DNA from: Candidatus Omnitrophota bacterium
GTDB lineage: Bacteria; Omnitrophota; Omnitrophia; Omnitrophales; Aquincolibacteriaceae
Direction: 5' to 3'
Assembly: GCA_022709525.1 (NCBI GenBank)
Contig: JAKLIQ010000006.1
Coordinates: 66,708 to 130,707 of the forward strand
Length of the DNA stretch: 64,000 nucleotides
The notes under the pieces were generated by a model. It had not been told where the DNA came from. It worked only from the letters and a program-made list of their open reading frames with translations, and ran no database searches. The position numbers were made by a program, and so were the translations under genes. Shown one piece after another: positions 36,393-46,034 of this stretch (positions are counted from its first letter, which is position 1; each line of letters opens with the position of its first letter).

Positions 36393-38042
36393 ATGATGCG
36401 AAAGAGCAGGGTCCTGAAAAAGATCGGGTTGGGAATAGGCGGAGGCCTTTTGTGTTTTGCGGCGGTCGCGCCGGTTTTACTCGCCCGCGAAGCGGGCGAG
36501 ATCAAAACGAATCCCGAGACTTTTTACAGTGAATTTTTTGAACAAAGTTTCTATGACGAAGGGGTCAATCTGCTGGATTTCGGGCGTTGGGGGAGAAAGA
36601 TCTTCCGCCAAGAGATCCCGTCGGCCAATGTGAACGTTTTTGACGAAGTGCCCGATTCTTCTTTCTTTACCAATCGGCACGGCCGCAAGCGGCTTTCGGC
36701 CGAAGAGATCGAAAAGGGATACCGGGAAAATAACGGGCCCGATCTCAGCCAGCCGCTCCGCGTGATCGAGGCCGAACAGCGCGGGATCTATCCGAGATTT
36801 TGGGTCAAAGACGCCCAAGACGAGGAATACCTTCTTGAATTTGATCCTCAAATAGCGCTCGATCTCTCCACGGGGGCCGAACTGGTGGCAAGCCGCTTCT
36901 ATTACGCTTTAGGTTATCACGTGCCGCAGTATACACCGCTTTTCTTTAACCCCGACCAGATCCAGGCGGTTTCGGCGGCCATGACCTGGGAAGACACGGG
37001 CTTCAAGAAGCCTTTAACGCAAAAACGGTTGATGGAATACTTATTGGTCTTGCCGCAGAACGCCCAAGGCCTTTACCGCGCCTCGGCGCAAAAGATCCCG
37101 CAGGGAGAAAAGAAAGGGCCTTTCAGTTTTGAGAAACGGAGAAAAGACGACCCCGAAGACATCGTCAATCATCGCGACCGCCGCGAGATCCGGGCGCTCG
37201 GGATCTTCGCTTCGTGGCTTAATCATTTCGATCTTTGCGAGACCTCCACGCAGGATTTTCTCGTCCATGAGGGCGGACAGAACGTTTTAAAACACTATCT
37301 TATGGATTTTAACGGCGCGCTTGGCGCGACCCGCGAGGGCCCGAAAGACCCGATGCTGGGCCACGAACATGCCGTCGATTACGGGGAAACTTTAAAAACT
37401 ATGTTCCTGCTCGGGTTCCGGGAGAAGCCCTGGCAGAAGAAATGGCGCGAAGATAAAGAGATCGTTCCGGGTTCTCCGGCCGTCGGGTATTTTACCAATC
37501 AATATTTTGATCCCGCCGGTTACAAGACATTTTTCCCTTACGAATCCTTACGCATGGCGACCCGGGCCGATGGTTTCTGGGCCGCCAAGCTTTTGGCGGA
37601 TTTCTCTGACGCCGATATCCGGGCCGCGGTAAAGGCGGGGGAGTATGAGAATCCGGAAGACGCGGAAGCGATCGCTAAAACATTGATCGAGCGACGCGAT
37701 ATCATCGTCCGCCACTGGTTCTCATGTTCTAGTCCGCTTGATCAATTCGAGAGTTCCGGCGGGAGGCTATCTTTCAAAGACCTTGCCGTCGAAAAAGGTT
37801 TTGAGTCCGGGGACGGGACGCTCTATCGCGCCGAGATCTTCACTCAAGGCAAAAAGGGAAAGAAGATCGCCGAACTGGAAGCCCGGGAACCCTTGCTCGC
37901 GCTCGATCCTTCCTGGACCGCGGCGGGCTCTGGCGTCAGAGTGATCCTGCGAACATTGCGCCCTTCTTCTAAAAAGCCGGGCCCTGCCGTTGAAATCCTC
38001 TTGAACGCCGATGGCGTTCAGGGGATCCGCCACGAAGATTGA
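36393..38042 (+). CDS. exported hypothetical protein
   Basis: ATGATG start with a GAAGGAAAG RBS. The signal peptide MMRKSRVLKKIGLGIGGGLLCFAAVAPVLLA is followed by ~520 aa with no recognised motif. Confidence 0.45.
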   Translation: MMRKSRVLKKIGLGIGGGLLCFAAVAPVLLAREAGEIKTNPETFYSEFFEQSFYDEGVNLLDFGRWGRKIFRQEIPSANVNVFDEVPDSSFFTNRHGRKRLSAEEIEKGYRENNGPDLSQPLRVIEAEQRGIYPRFWVKDAQDEEYLLEFDPQIALDLSTGAELVASRFYYALGYHVPQYTPLFFNPDQIQAVSAAMTWEDTGFKKPLTQKRLMEYLLVLPQNAQGLYRASAQKIPQGEKKGPFSFEKRRKDDPEDIVNHRDRREIRALGIFASWLNHFDLCETSTQDFLVHEGGQNVLKHYLMDFNGALGATREGPKDPMLGHEHAVDYGETLKTMFLLGFREKPWQKKWREDKEIVPGSPAVGYFTNQYFDPAGYKTFFPYESLRMATRADGFWAAKLLADFSDADIRAAVKAGEYENPEDAEAIAKTLIERRDIIVRHWFSCSSPLDQFESSGGRLSFKDLAVEKGFESGDGTLYRAEIFTQGKKGKKIAELEAREPLLALDPSWTAAGSGVRVILRTLRPSSKKPGPAVEILLNADGVQGIRHED

Positions 38043-38060
38043 TCCGAAAAACTCTCCGGG

Positions 38061-39347
38061 TCAGGAAGGCTTGAGCCGCTTGACCGTCACGTAGGTGATC
38101 GCCAAGATCCCCGCCTCGATCACGATCGTCGCCACCGCCGCCCCCACATAAGAAAAAGAATCGATCAAAAGGAAGGTAAGCGGCAGTCCGATCATGGCCA
38201 TGACCACATGGATCCTCGAATAGATGTGGGTCTTGCCGCAGACCAGCAGGAATTGCACCCGGAAAGCGTTCGCGCCCGCGAACAGCACGGCCACAAGCAG
38301 AAGCCGGAGGGAAAGCACGGTCTTGGGGTAACTGCCGCCGAAAACAAATTTGATGATGCGTTCGGCGAAAACAAAAATAAGCGGCAGGCAGATGAGCGAG
38401 ATATTGATCGTGATCAGCTGGATCCTTTCCATGAACTCATAGGCGCGTTTCTTGCTTTTTTGGAAGATCCTGCTCAGACGGGGGAAAAGCGCCTGGGAAA
38501 AAGACATCAAGGGGAAGGTTTGGCATAACCCGGCCACCTTGTCGGCGATCGCGTAAAATCCGGTGATCGCATTATTGGTCAGAAGCCCCACCGCAAAAAT
38601 ACGCGTGTTGGTATAAGCGTTGATCGCGACGATCGAAACAAAAATGTCCCATCCGGCCGCGACCCTTTTCTGGATGCTCGTGTATCCCGGGAACTCAAAA
38701 GAAACCCCCATTTTCCGGAAGGCGATATATTGCCCCCAAAGCCCCGTGATAACGCCTACGATCGAAGTAATGATCGGAACCATCAGATAATCTCGCGGCC
38801 CTTTCACGCAGAAAAAAAGGAGAAGCACGGTCAAAACGCCGCCGGCGATATTGATATCGGCGATATGTTTCATTTTTTCGGTGCCCTGAAAGAACCAGAC
38901 GGGAAAAAGCGTGTTCCCCAGGACGGCGCCAAAACTGAACACGTAGACCGGCCAGTCGCTCCTGAATTTGGGGATGAAGTAAACGGCGCAGCCCAGGATC
39001 GCAAGACTGACCAGGGCCAGGATGACCTTGACGATCATGACCGATGAGAACACGCGGTTGATCTCGGCGCGGTCGTGCTGGCAAAGCGAGATCTCCTTGG
39101 TGGCCGAAATACTGAAGCCGTAATCGGTCAGGATCATGAAGTACTGGATGAAGGCCTGCGCAAAGGCGATCAGCCCGAATTTTTCGGGACCGATGACCCT
39201 GAAAAGGTAAGGCAGGATCAGGACCGGCAGGATGTAAGTGATGGCCTGAAGCACGGAAAGGGAAGCGAAATTTTGAAGGACCGTCCGCCGTTCATGAGGA
39301 CGGGCCATGCCATAGGTTTTTTTGATCTGTCGGATGAGTGACGGCAT
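38061..39347 (-). CDS. Wzx-type polysaccharide/oligosaccharide flippase (MOP superfamily)
   Basis: 428 aa, 12-14 TM, with the N-terminus typical of the polysaccharide-biosynthesis protein family. Confidence 0.7.
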   Translation of the reverse strand: MPSLIRQIKKTYGMARPHERRTVLQNFASLSVLQAITYILPVLILPYLFRVIGPEKFGLIAFAQAFIQYFMILTDYGFSISATKEISLCQHDRAEINRVFSSVMIVKVILALVSLAILGCAVYFIPKFRSDWPVYVFSFGAVLGNTLFPVWFFQGTEKMKHIADINIAGGVLTVLLLFFCVKGPRDYLMVPIITSIVGVITGLWGQYIAFRKMGVSFEFPGYTSIQKRVAAGWDIFVSIVAINAYTNTRIFAVGLLTNNAITGFYAIADKVAGLCQTFPLMSFSQALFPRLSRIFQKSKKRAYEFMERIQLITINISLICLPLIFVFAERIIKFVFGGSYPKTVLSLRLLLVAVLFAGANAFRVQFLLVCGKTHIYSRIHVVMAMIGLPLTFLLIDSFSYVGAAVATIVIEAGILAITYVTVKRLKPS

Positions 39348-39401
39348 GCGTGTAATTTATACCGTTCCCGTTCGCGAAACAAGCACTACAGACCAAGAGC
39401 A

Positions 39402-39464
39402 GGGACTCGCGCCTCGCGCCTCGGGACTTGTAAAAACCAAAGCGAGTCCCGAGGGACAAGTCCC
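39402..39464. repeat. GGGACTCG/CGAGTCCC dyad-symmetric intergenic element, copy 3
   Basis: GGGACTCGcgcctcgcgcctcGGGACTTG - taaaaaccaaag - CGAGTCCCgagggaCAAGTCCC. Confidence 0.8.
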
Positions 39465-39502
39465 GAACCCCGATTTTTGTCGGGTTATGATATACTTTTG
39501 CC

Positions 39503-40732
39503 ATGTTTAAATTTCCAGGGAATTTTTTATGGGGCGCCGCGACTTCCGCTTATCAAGTGGAGGGTGGCAACACGCGCGCCGACTGGTGGCAGTGGGAAAA
39601 AGAAACGGGCAAAGAGCCCTCCGGGGATGCCTGCCGCCATTACGGGCTTTACGAGCAGGATTTCGATCTTGCCAAAGGCCTGCATCATAACGCCCACCGG
39701 CTTTCACTTGAATGGAGCCGCCTCGAGCCCGAGGAGGGGCAATTCTCCGAAGAAGCCCTTGAACATTATCTGAACGTAATCCTCGCGCTGAGGGCGCGGG
39801 GCATCGAGCCGCTCGTGACTTTACACCACTTTACCAATCCCGCCTGGCTCGCAAAAAAAGGGGGCTGGGAAAATCCGGGAACGGTAAAGCTTTTTTTAAA
39901 GTATACGGCTTTTATCCTTAAAAAACTCGCCCCCCAAGTGCGTTACTGGATCACGATCAATGAGCCCACCGTGTATGTCTATGAATCCTACATCATGGGC
40001 CTGTGGCCTCCGCAGATCAAATCGCTTTGGAGAGCCAGGACGGTTGAAAACCATTTAGCCGCCGCGCACATCAAGGCCTACCGGTTGATCCATGAAACTT
40101 ACTGGCGGAAAAAAATGCAGCTGCCTTCGGTCAGCATCGCCCAGCATATGCAGGATTTTGTGCCGTGCGTCCCAGATTTCAGGAACAAGCTCGCGGCGTC
40201 CTTGCGTCATCGGTGGTTCAATCTCGGCTTGATCAGCAAGTTCCGGAGGCATAAAGCCCTGGACTTTATCGGCGTTAATTATTACTCGAGGCAGCGCGTG
40301 GAAGTCCAGAAGTGGGGGCTTCGCAACCTCTTTATGGATATTTGCGTGAAAGCAGAGCACCGTGTTCCCGAAACGAATTCGTCGGGATGGGAAGTTTATC
40401 CGGAAGGCCTCTGCCGGGTATTGCTCAAGCTTAAAGGTTATCATCTTCCTATCGTGATCACAGAAAACGGTATTTGCACCCCCGACGATGCCTTGCGGTG
40501 GCGCTATATCGAGGCCCATCTCCGGTCGATTCACCGCGCCATCCGCGAAGGCGCCCCGGTCACCGGGTACCTCTACTGGTCGCTGATGGATAATTTCGAG
40601 TGGCACGACGGTTTCGGGCCGAGATTCGGCCTGATCGGGATCGATTATCCCACCCAGCAAAGAACGGTCCGCGAAAGCGCCGTCCAATTCGGGAAAGTCT
40701 GCAAAACCGGAGCGTTGGAACAAGACCTGTAA
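39503..40732 (+). CDS. glycoside hydrolase family 1 (beta-glucosidase-like)
   Basis: FLWGAATSAYQVEGG N-terminus, acid/base TINEP, and nucleophile ITENG. Confidence 0.9.
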   Translation: MFKFPGNFLWGAATSAYQVEGGNTRADWWQWEKETGKEPSGDACRHYGLYEQDFDLAKGLHHNAHRLSLEWSRLEPEEGQFSEEALEHYLNVILALRARGIEPLVTLHHFTNPAWLAKKGGWENPGTVKLFLKYTAFILKKLAPQVRYWITINEPTVYVYESYIMGLWPPQIKSLWRARTVENHLAAAHIKAYRLIHETYWRKKMQLPSVSIAQHMQDFVPCVPDFRNKLAASLRHRWFNLGLISKFRRHKALDFIGVNYYSRQRVEVQKWGLRNLFMDICVKAEHRVPETNSSGWEVYPEGLCRVLLKLKGYHLPIVITENGICTPDDALRWRYIEAHLRSIHRAIREGAPVTGYLYWSLMDNFEWHDGFGPRFGLIGIDYPTQQRTVRESAVQFGKVCKTGALEQDL

Positions 40733-40782
40733 ATGATTTTATTCCCTCGTATTTTTAGTCTACCCGTTCTATACTGGCGCCC

Positions 40783-42033
40783 ATGACAACGCATCCGGCG
40801 GCAGAACCGCCCGCCGCCCCAAGCTTTTACGGCCTTGGGATCGCTCCCCATCTTCTGGAAACCCTCCAGAAGATGAAATTCCATACGCCCACGCCGATCC
40901 AGCAAAAAGCCATTCCGCTTGCGGTCGAGGGCCAGGACGTGATCGGGATCGCGCAAACAGGGACCGGGAAGACCCTGGCGTTCGGGATCCCCATGATCCA
41001 GCGTCTCGCTCAGAAAAAAGGGCGAGGGCTCGTCCTTGTGCCGACGCGCGAATTAGCTTATCAGGTCCACCAGAGCATTCATAAGATCGATCCTAAATTG
41101 AAGTTCGCCGTCCTGATCGGCGGCGCCTCCATGCACCATCAGATCCAGGAACTCCGTCAGCACCCGCGCATCCTGATCGCGACACCGGGTCGCTTGATCG
41201 ATCATATGGAGCAACGCTATGTGTTCTTGAACGAGATCAGCGTTCTAGTGCTTGATGAAGCCGACCGGATGCTCGATATGGGTTTCGCGCCGCAGATCCA
41301 GAAGATCCTCCGCGTATTGCCTAAGGAGCGTCAGACTATGCTTTTTTCGGCGACCATGCCGGACGCCATCATGAAGATCGCGACCTCCCAAATGAAACTG
41401 CCGGTCCATATCGAGATCGCCAAGTCCGGAACCGTGGCGGAGAAGATCACCCAGGAAGTTTTTGTTGTAAAGAAAGAGGCCAAACGGGACCTCCTGAAAA
41501 AAATACTGGCCCAATACCACGGAACCGTCCTTGTTTTTTCAAGGACCAAGATCGGCGCTTACAAGATCACGCGCGCGATCCGGGAAATGGGGCATCATGC
41601 CGCCGAGATCCACGCCGACCGCTCCTTGGCGCAAAGGCGGGAAGCGCTGGAAGGGTTCAAGTCCGGGAAATACCGGATCCTTGTCGCGACCGACATCGCC
41701 GCGCGTGGGATCGACGTCAAAGGCATCGAATTGGTCATTAACTACGACCTTCCCGACGAATCCGAGAATTATGTGCATCGTATCGGCCGCACCGGGCGGA
41801 TCGGGGATAAGGGGCATGCGATCTCGTTCGCGACGCCGGAGCAGGGGAAAGAGGTCAAAGATATCGAAAAACTCATGCGCATGGCGCTTCCGATCTCCGA
41901 ACACCCCGAAATGCCGCTTGAGAGTTTTATCGAGCATAAACCCGTGAAGGTCGCCTCCTTCGGCGGCGGCCGTTTCGGCCGGCGAGGCCGCTCCCGCGGC
42001 TATATCGCCTCCGCTTTTCGCAGAGCCCGTTGA
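40783..42033 (+). CDS. DEAD-box ATP-dependent RNA helicase
   Basis: Q-motif, AQTGTGKT, DEAD, SAT, HRIGRTGR, and an Arg-rich C-terminal tail. Confidence 0.9.
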   Translation: MTTHPAAEPPAAPSFYGLGIAPHLLETLQKMKFHTPTPIQQKAIPLAVEGQDVIGIAQTGTGKTLAFGIPMIQRLAQKKGRGLVLVPTRELAYQVHQSIHKIDPKLKFAVLIGGASMHHQIQELRQHPRILIATPGRLIDHMEQRYVFLNEISVLVLDEADRMLDMGFAPQIQKILRVLPKERQTMLFSATMPDAIMKIATSQMKLPVHIEIAKSGTVAEKITQEVFVVKKEAKRDLLKKILAQYHGTVLVFSRTKIGAYKITRAIREMGHHAAEIHADRSLAQRREALEGFKSGKYRILVATDIAARGIDVKGIELVINYDLPDESENYVHRIGRTGRIGDKGHAISFATPEQGKEVKDIEKLMRMALPISEHPEMPLESFIEHKPVKVASFGGGRFGRRGRSRGYIASAFRRAR

Positions 42034-42128
42034 TCCTTCAGAATTAAGGTTGAAAAAGGCCCTGGTTCGGCATATCCTTTCCCTCACGACGATCCATTTC
42101 CGTACGCTTTTTAAAGCGAGGACCTTTT

Positions 42129-44021
42129 ATGAAAGTACGCACGCAGCTGATCGCCCTCATCTCCCTCCTTTTCTTTATCTTTGCGCTGGCGTTTTTTGCC
42201 ATCCGCGCCGATGATACAAAAGAAGCCGTTCTTTTATTCCAGAACGAATCCACGGAAAAGAAAGATGTTTTTGACAAGCTTCTCCGGCTTCAAAGCCATT
42301 CGGCCTATGTGTTGGCCTACGATTATACCTATTGGGACGAAATGGCCGATTTTATCAAGACCAAGGACCCGGTATGGGCGGGCGAAATGATGAGCGCCAA
42401 CACGCTCTCCACCTACCAGGTCGACAGTCTGTGGGTTTATGATCTGGCCGCTTCCCTGGTTTATTCCTTTAGCGATCCCGAAAAACACAACCTCGCGACA
42501 TTCCCGATCCCGGGCGATGTGATCCCGCAGCTTTTTGAAAAGGCCCCTCTGACCCATTTTTTTGTTCCCACCGACCAGGGGCTTTGGGAGGTCCGCGGGG
42601 CCAGCATCCACCCGTCGAATGATCCGGAGAGAAAAACAAAACCCGCCGGCTACTTTTTTAACGGGAAAGTATGGGATCCGGAGTATCTCGCGAACCTTGA
42701 AAATCTTTTTGAGGCCAGGATCCGGCTCGTTCCTCCGGGTTCTCTGAAAGATCCCCGCGATATTTTTGACCCCGAAAGCGGGAGCATCGCTTTCTTCAGG
42801 CCGCTTAAAGGCTGGGACGGACAGACCCTTATGTTCCTCGAAGTGAAGATCCGGTCGCAGGAAATGCAAGCGTTCAACCGGAGAAGCCAAAAATACCTGG
42901 TTCTTTTTCTGGTCTTCGCTGTCGGCGTGATCGGGATCGTCGCCTTTTTTTCCGTGACTTCGATCGGGATCTCGCTTACCGCTATCTCCAAGGCGCTTAC
43001 CTCGGGTTCGGCGACCTTTCTTTTCAGGGTTAGAAAAAGCAAGACGGAGTTCGGCGAGATCGCGCTTTTGATCGAAAAATTCTTCGAGCAGAAAAAAAGA
43101 CTCACTGAAGAGATCGCCGAAAGGGAGAGGGTCGAGTGGCAGATCCGGCACGCGGCGCAGGAATGGGAAAAGACCTTTGACAGCATCTCGGACCTTGTAT
43201 TTTTGATGGATAAAGAATGCCGCGTCGTCCGGGCGAACAAGGCCTTTTTTGATTTTTTTCACGCGAAGCCCGAAGCTGTCCTGGGCAAAAAATGCTATGA
43301 ACTGGTCCACCATATGGAAAGCAACTGGCCGACCTGTCCTTTTCAAAAGACCATCAAGGATCTCTTGCCGCACACCGAAGAAGCGCAAACTTTCAACGGG
43401 ATCCCTCTTTTGGCGACCGTTTCGCCCATTTTCGACGACAAGGGGGAAGTGGTTGGCGCGGTCCATATCGCAAAAGACATGACCAATCTCAAAAAAGCGG
43501 AAGCGGAACTTCAAAAGGAGAAGGGCCTTTCCCAGCGTTATTTTGAGGTCGCCAAGGCCATTATGGTCGTTTCGGATCGGGACGGCAATGTCACGCTGAT
43601 CAATCAAGCCGGTTGCGATATTCTGGGTTATGCCAAAGAAGAAGTGATCGGAAAGAACTGGTTCGACCACTTCATTCCGGGCGATATAAGGGCGTCCTTA
43701 AAATCCTTCTTTCGGGAGATAACCGAGGGAAGAAAAAAAATGGACGAAGCGGAGCATCATGAAAATCCCGTTCTAAGAAAAGACGGGACCCAGAGGATCA
43801 TTGTGTGGCATAACGCCCTGATCAAAGACGAGCAGCAACAAGTAACCGCCATTTTAAGTTTTGGTGAAGATGTCACTAACCGGGCGAATTATGAGAAAAA
43901 TCTTCGGGAGAAGGTCGAAGAGCTCGAAAAATTTAAGAAGATCGCCGTCGACCGCGAACTTAAAATGATCGAGCTGAAAGAAAAACTTAAGACCCTCGAG
44001 GGAGGCAAGGGCGCCGCTTGA
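42129..44021 (+). CDS. membrane sensor protein: periplasmic domain - TM - two PAS domains - conserved C-terminal coiled-coil module (no kinase/output domain)
   Basis: Two PAS-like blocks (FDSISDLVFLMDKECRVVRAN...; YFEVAKAIMVVSDRDGNVTLINQAG...). The C-terminus ELEKFKKIAVDRELKMIELKEKLKTLEGG is shared with the ORF at 44568. Confidence 0.65.
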   Translation: MKVRTQLIALISLLFFIFALAFFAIRADDTKEAVLLFQNESTEKKDVFDKLLRLQSHSAYVLAYDYTYWDEMADFIKTKDPVWAGEMMSANTLSTYQVDSLWVYDLAASLVYSFSDPEKHNLATFPIPGDVIPQLFEKAPLTHFFVPTDQGLWEVRGASIHPSNDPERKTKPAGYFFNGKVWDPEYLANLENLFEARIRLVPPGSLKDPRDIFDPESGSIAFFRPLKGWDGQTLMFLEVKIRSQEMQAFNRRSQKYLVLFLVFAVGVIGIVAFFSVTSIGISLTAISKALTSGSATFLFRVRKSKTEFGEIALLIEKFFEQKKRLTEEIAERERVEWQIRHAAQEWEKTFDSISDLVFLMDKECRVVRANKAFFDFFHAKPEAVLGKKCYELVHHMESNWPTCPFQKTIKDLLPHTEEAQTFNGIPLLATVSPIFDDKGEVVGAVHIAKDMTNLKKAEAELQKEKGLSQRYFEVAKAIMVVSDRDGNVTLINQAGCDILGYAKEEVIGKNWFDHFIPGDIRASLKSFFREITEGRKKMDEAEHHENPVLRKDGTQRIIVWHNALIKDEQQQVTAILSFGEDVTNRANYEKNLREKVEELEKFKKIAVDRELKMIELKEKLKTLEGGKGAA

Positions 44022-44118
44022 GGCCCTTTTACCGCTTCCGGCCTCAGAAAAACCGCTCTATCTTGATCTGGGGATGCCGATACTAAGAACCGCAATCATT
44101 TGAAGGACAGGAGGTTCG

Positions 44119-44502
44119 ATGAAAAAAAAGATCCTCGTAATCGATGATGATCCCGCGGCGTCCCAGCTGATCGCGGAATTACTCCAAGCACAGGGCCACG
44201 AGGCCGTCGCGTCTTTTAATTTTGAGGACGCCCTCCGCCGTGCCCAGCAAGGGGCGCCCGATCTTGTCGTGGTCGACGCCGTGATGCCCGAGATCTCCGG
44301 GTTCGAAGCCTGCCGCAAGCTCAAAAAAATGTTCGAAACGCGCCCACCCCTTGTGATCATGATGACCGCTAAATTCAGCGCGTTCGATCCCATTCTGGCC
44401 CGCGAAATGGGCGCCGATGATTTTGTGGTCAAAACAGGGGATATGTCCTTTGTGGTCAAGGCGGTGCGGGATATCTTTCCAAAAGAAGGGCTGTCTTCTT
44501 GA
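44119..44502 (+). CDS. single-domain response regulator (CheY-like receiver)
   Basis: ILVIDDDP acidic pocket, phospho-acceptor D in LVVVDAVMP, T in MMTAK, and the conserved K. Confidence 0.85.
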   Translation: MKKKILVIDDDPAASQLIAELLQAQGHEAVASFNFEDALRRAQQGAPDLVVVDAVMPEISGFEACRKLKKMFETRPPLVIMMTAKFSAFDPILAREMGADDFVVKTGDMSFVVKAVRDIFPKEGLSS

Positions 44503-44567
44503 GCCAGCATTCCTCCTGCTCAAAAGATTCACAGCGCGGGTTTGGTGTCATTGGGGGGGGGTCGATC

Positions 44568-46034
44568 ATGAAAGAACCCAAAGGGCTTAAGCTGGAAAAG
44601 GCCTTTTTTATATTTCCCGTGACCATTTTTTTGATCACGCTTTTTTCGGGGATCCTGCTCGCCGGCCTTTTGGGGAATGTCGGAGCAACCTTTCTCCGGC
44701 TTCAAAGCGAAAATACGGTCGCGGCGATCGGTACCGGTATTCGCAACGACCTTCAGCAGGGAGAAGCCGCGGGAGGCGCCATGGTGGGTTCTCCCTGGAT
44801 CGTCCCCGCGTTGATCGATCCCAGCCCTTCCAATATCGAAAAAGCCAATTCGGTCCTGGACCGTTATAACAAAAACCTCAATTTTTCTGTTTGCTATCTT
44901 TTAGACCTTCAGGGCAACGCGATCGCTTCCTCCAACAGGAACGATCCCGATAGTTTTGTCGGGAAAAATTACGCATTCCGGCCTTATTTTCATGAGGCAG
45001 TCCTGGGGAATCCCATGGTCTATATGGCCACCGGCGTGACGAGCCGGGAAAGGGGTTTTTACGCTTCTCATCCCGTCAGAGACGGGCAGGGGAGGATCGT
45101 CGGTATTTCGGTGATCAAAAAGAACGTGGAAGCGGTCAAGGCATTGCTTCTTAATTCTAAAAATATCTTTTTTGTCAGTCCGGAGGGCGTGATCTTCATA
45201 TCAGGATCTCCCGACAAGGTTTTAAGGCCGCTCTGGCCCTTAAGCGAGGAGCGTCTCCGCAAGATCAAGGATTCCAAACAATTCCTGCTCGCGTCCGAAG
45301 AGCCCGTTTTCCCGGATCCCGTTCAGGATGGAGCGACAGTCCGCCTTGAAAAAGAATCCTATCAGTTCATTCAAAGGCCTTTAGGGCCGCAGGGATGGTC
45401 GCTTGTTTTTCTCGCGCCGCTTAAAAGCGTTTTTTATTATCAATTCTTGGGATGGGTGATCGCCGGTTTCATGGCCATCATCATTATTTTCCTGACCGTT
45501 TGGGCCCTCTTGCGCATCAGGGCCCGCGAAACTCTCCGGGAGATCGAAGAGCGTTTCAGTTCCGCCTTCAGGGCCTCCGGAAGCGGCATGGCGATCGTGA
45601 GTTTGGAAGGCCGTTGGCTCCAGGTGAATCCGTCGCTGTGCCGGATCGTGGGTTATACCGAAAAAGAACTGCTCCTAAAAACGTTCCAGGAGGTCACTCA
45701 TCCGGATGATCTTGAAAGGAATCTTGCTTATGTCAAACGTCTCTTGGCCGGGGATATCCAAGATTACCGCATAGAAAAGCGCTACATGCATAAGGACGGC
45801 CACTTCGCGTGGGTCCTTGTTTCGAAGTCGGTGGTCCGCGGCAGTAAAGGCGAACCGCTTTATTTTGTCGCGCAGATCGAAGACATCAGCGACCGTAAGG
45901 CGGCGGAAAAAAAATTAGAAGAGCAGGTCAAAGAACTTGAGAAATTCAATAAGATCGCGGTAGATCGGGAACTCAAGATGATCGAGCTTAAAGAAAAGAT
46001 CAAAACCCTTGAAAAGGGAAAACAAAATGGGTAA
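44568..46034 (+). CDS. membrane sensor protein: Cache-like periplasmic domain - TM - PAS - conserved C-terminal coiled-coil module
   Basis: Cache-like periplasmic region, one PAS domain (FRASGSGMAIVSLEGRWLQVNPS...), and the C-terminus LEKFNKIAVDRELKMIELKEKIKTLEKG. A start at 44568 avoids overlap with the receiver gene. Confidence 0.65.
   Translation: MKEPKGLKLEKAFFIFPVTIFLITLFSGILLAGLLGNVGATFLRLQSENTVAAIGTGIRNDLQQGEAAGGAMVGSPWIVPALIDPSPSNIEKANSVLDRYNKNLNFSVCYLLDLQGNAIASSNRNDPDSFVGKNYAFRPYFHEAVLGNPMVYMATGVTSRERGFYASHPVRDGQGRIVGISVIKKNVEAVKALLLNSKNIFFVSPEGVIFISGSPDKVLRPLWPLSEERLRKIKDSKQFLLASEEPVFPDPVQDGATVRLEKESYQFIQRPLGPQGWSLVFLAPLKSVFYYQFLGWVIAGFMAIIIIFLTVWALLRIRARETLREIEERFSSAFRASGSGMAIVSLEGRWLQVNPSLCRIVGYTEKELLLKTFQEVTHPDDLERNLAYVKRLLAGDIQDYRIEKRYMHKDGHFAWVLVSKSVVRGSKGEPLYFVAQIEDISDRKAAEKKLEEQVKELEKFNKIAVDRELKMIELKEKIKTLEKGKQNG

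Noticed and set aside
42234-43670. 478-aa minus-strand ORF
   Set aside because: It is entirely antisense to the PAS sensor gene. Its composition is biased (R/G/P/D rich) with no motifs.
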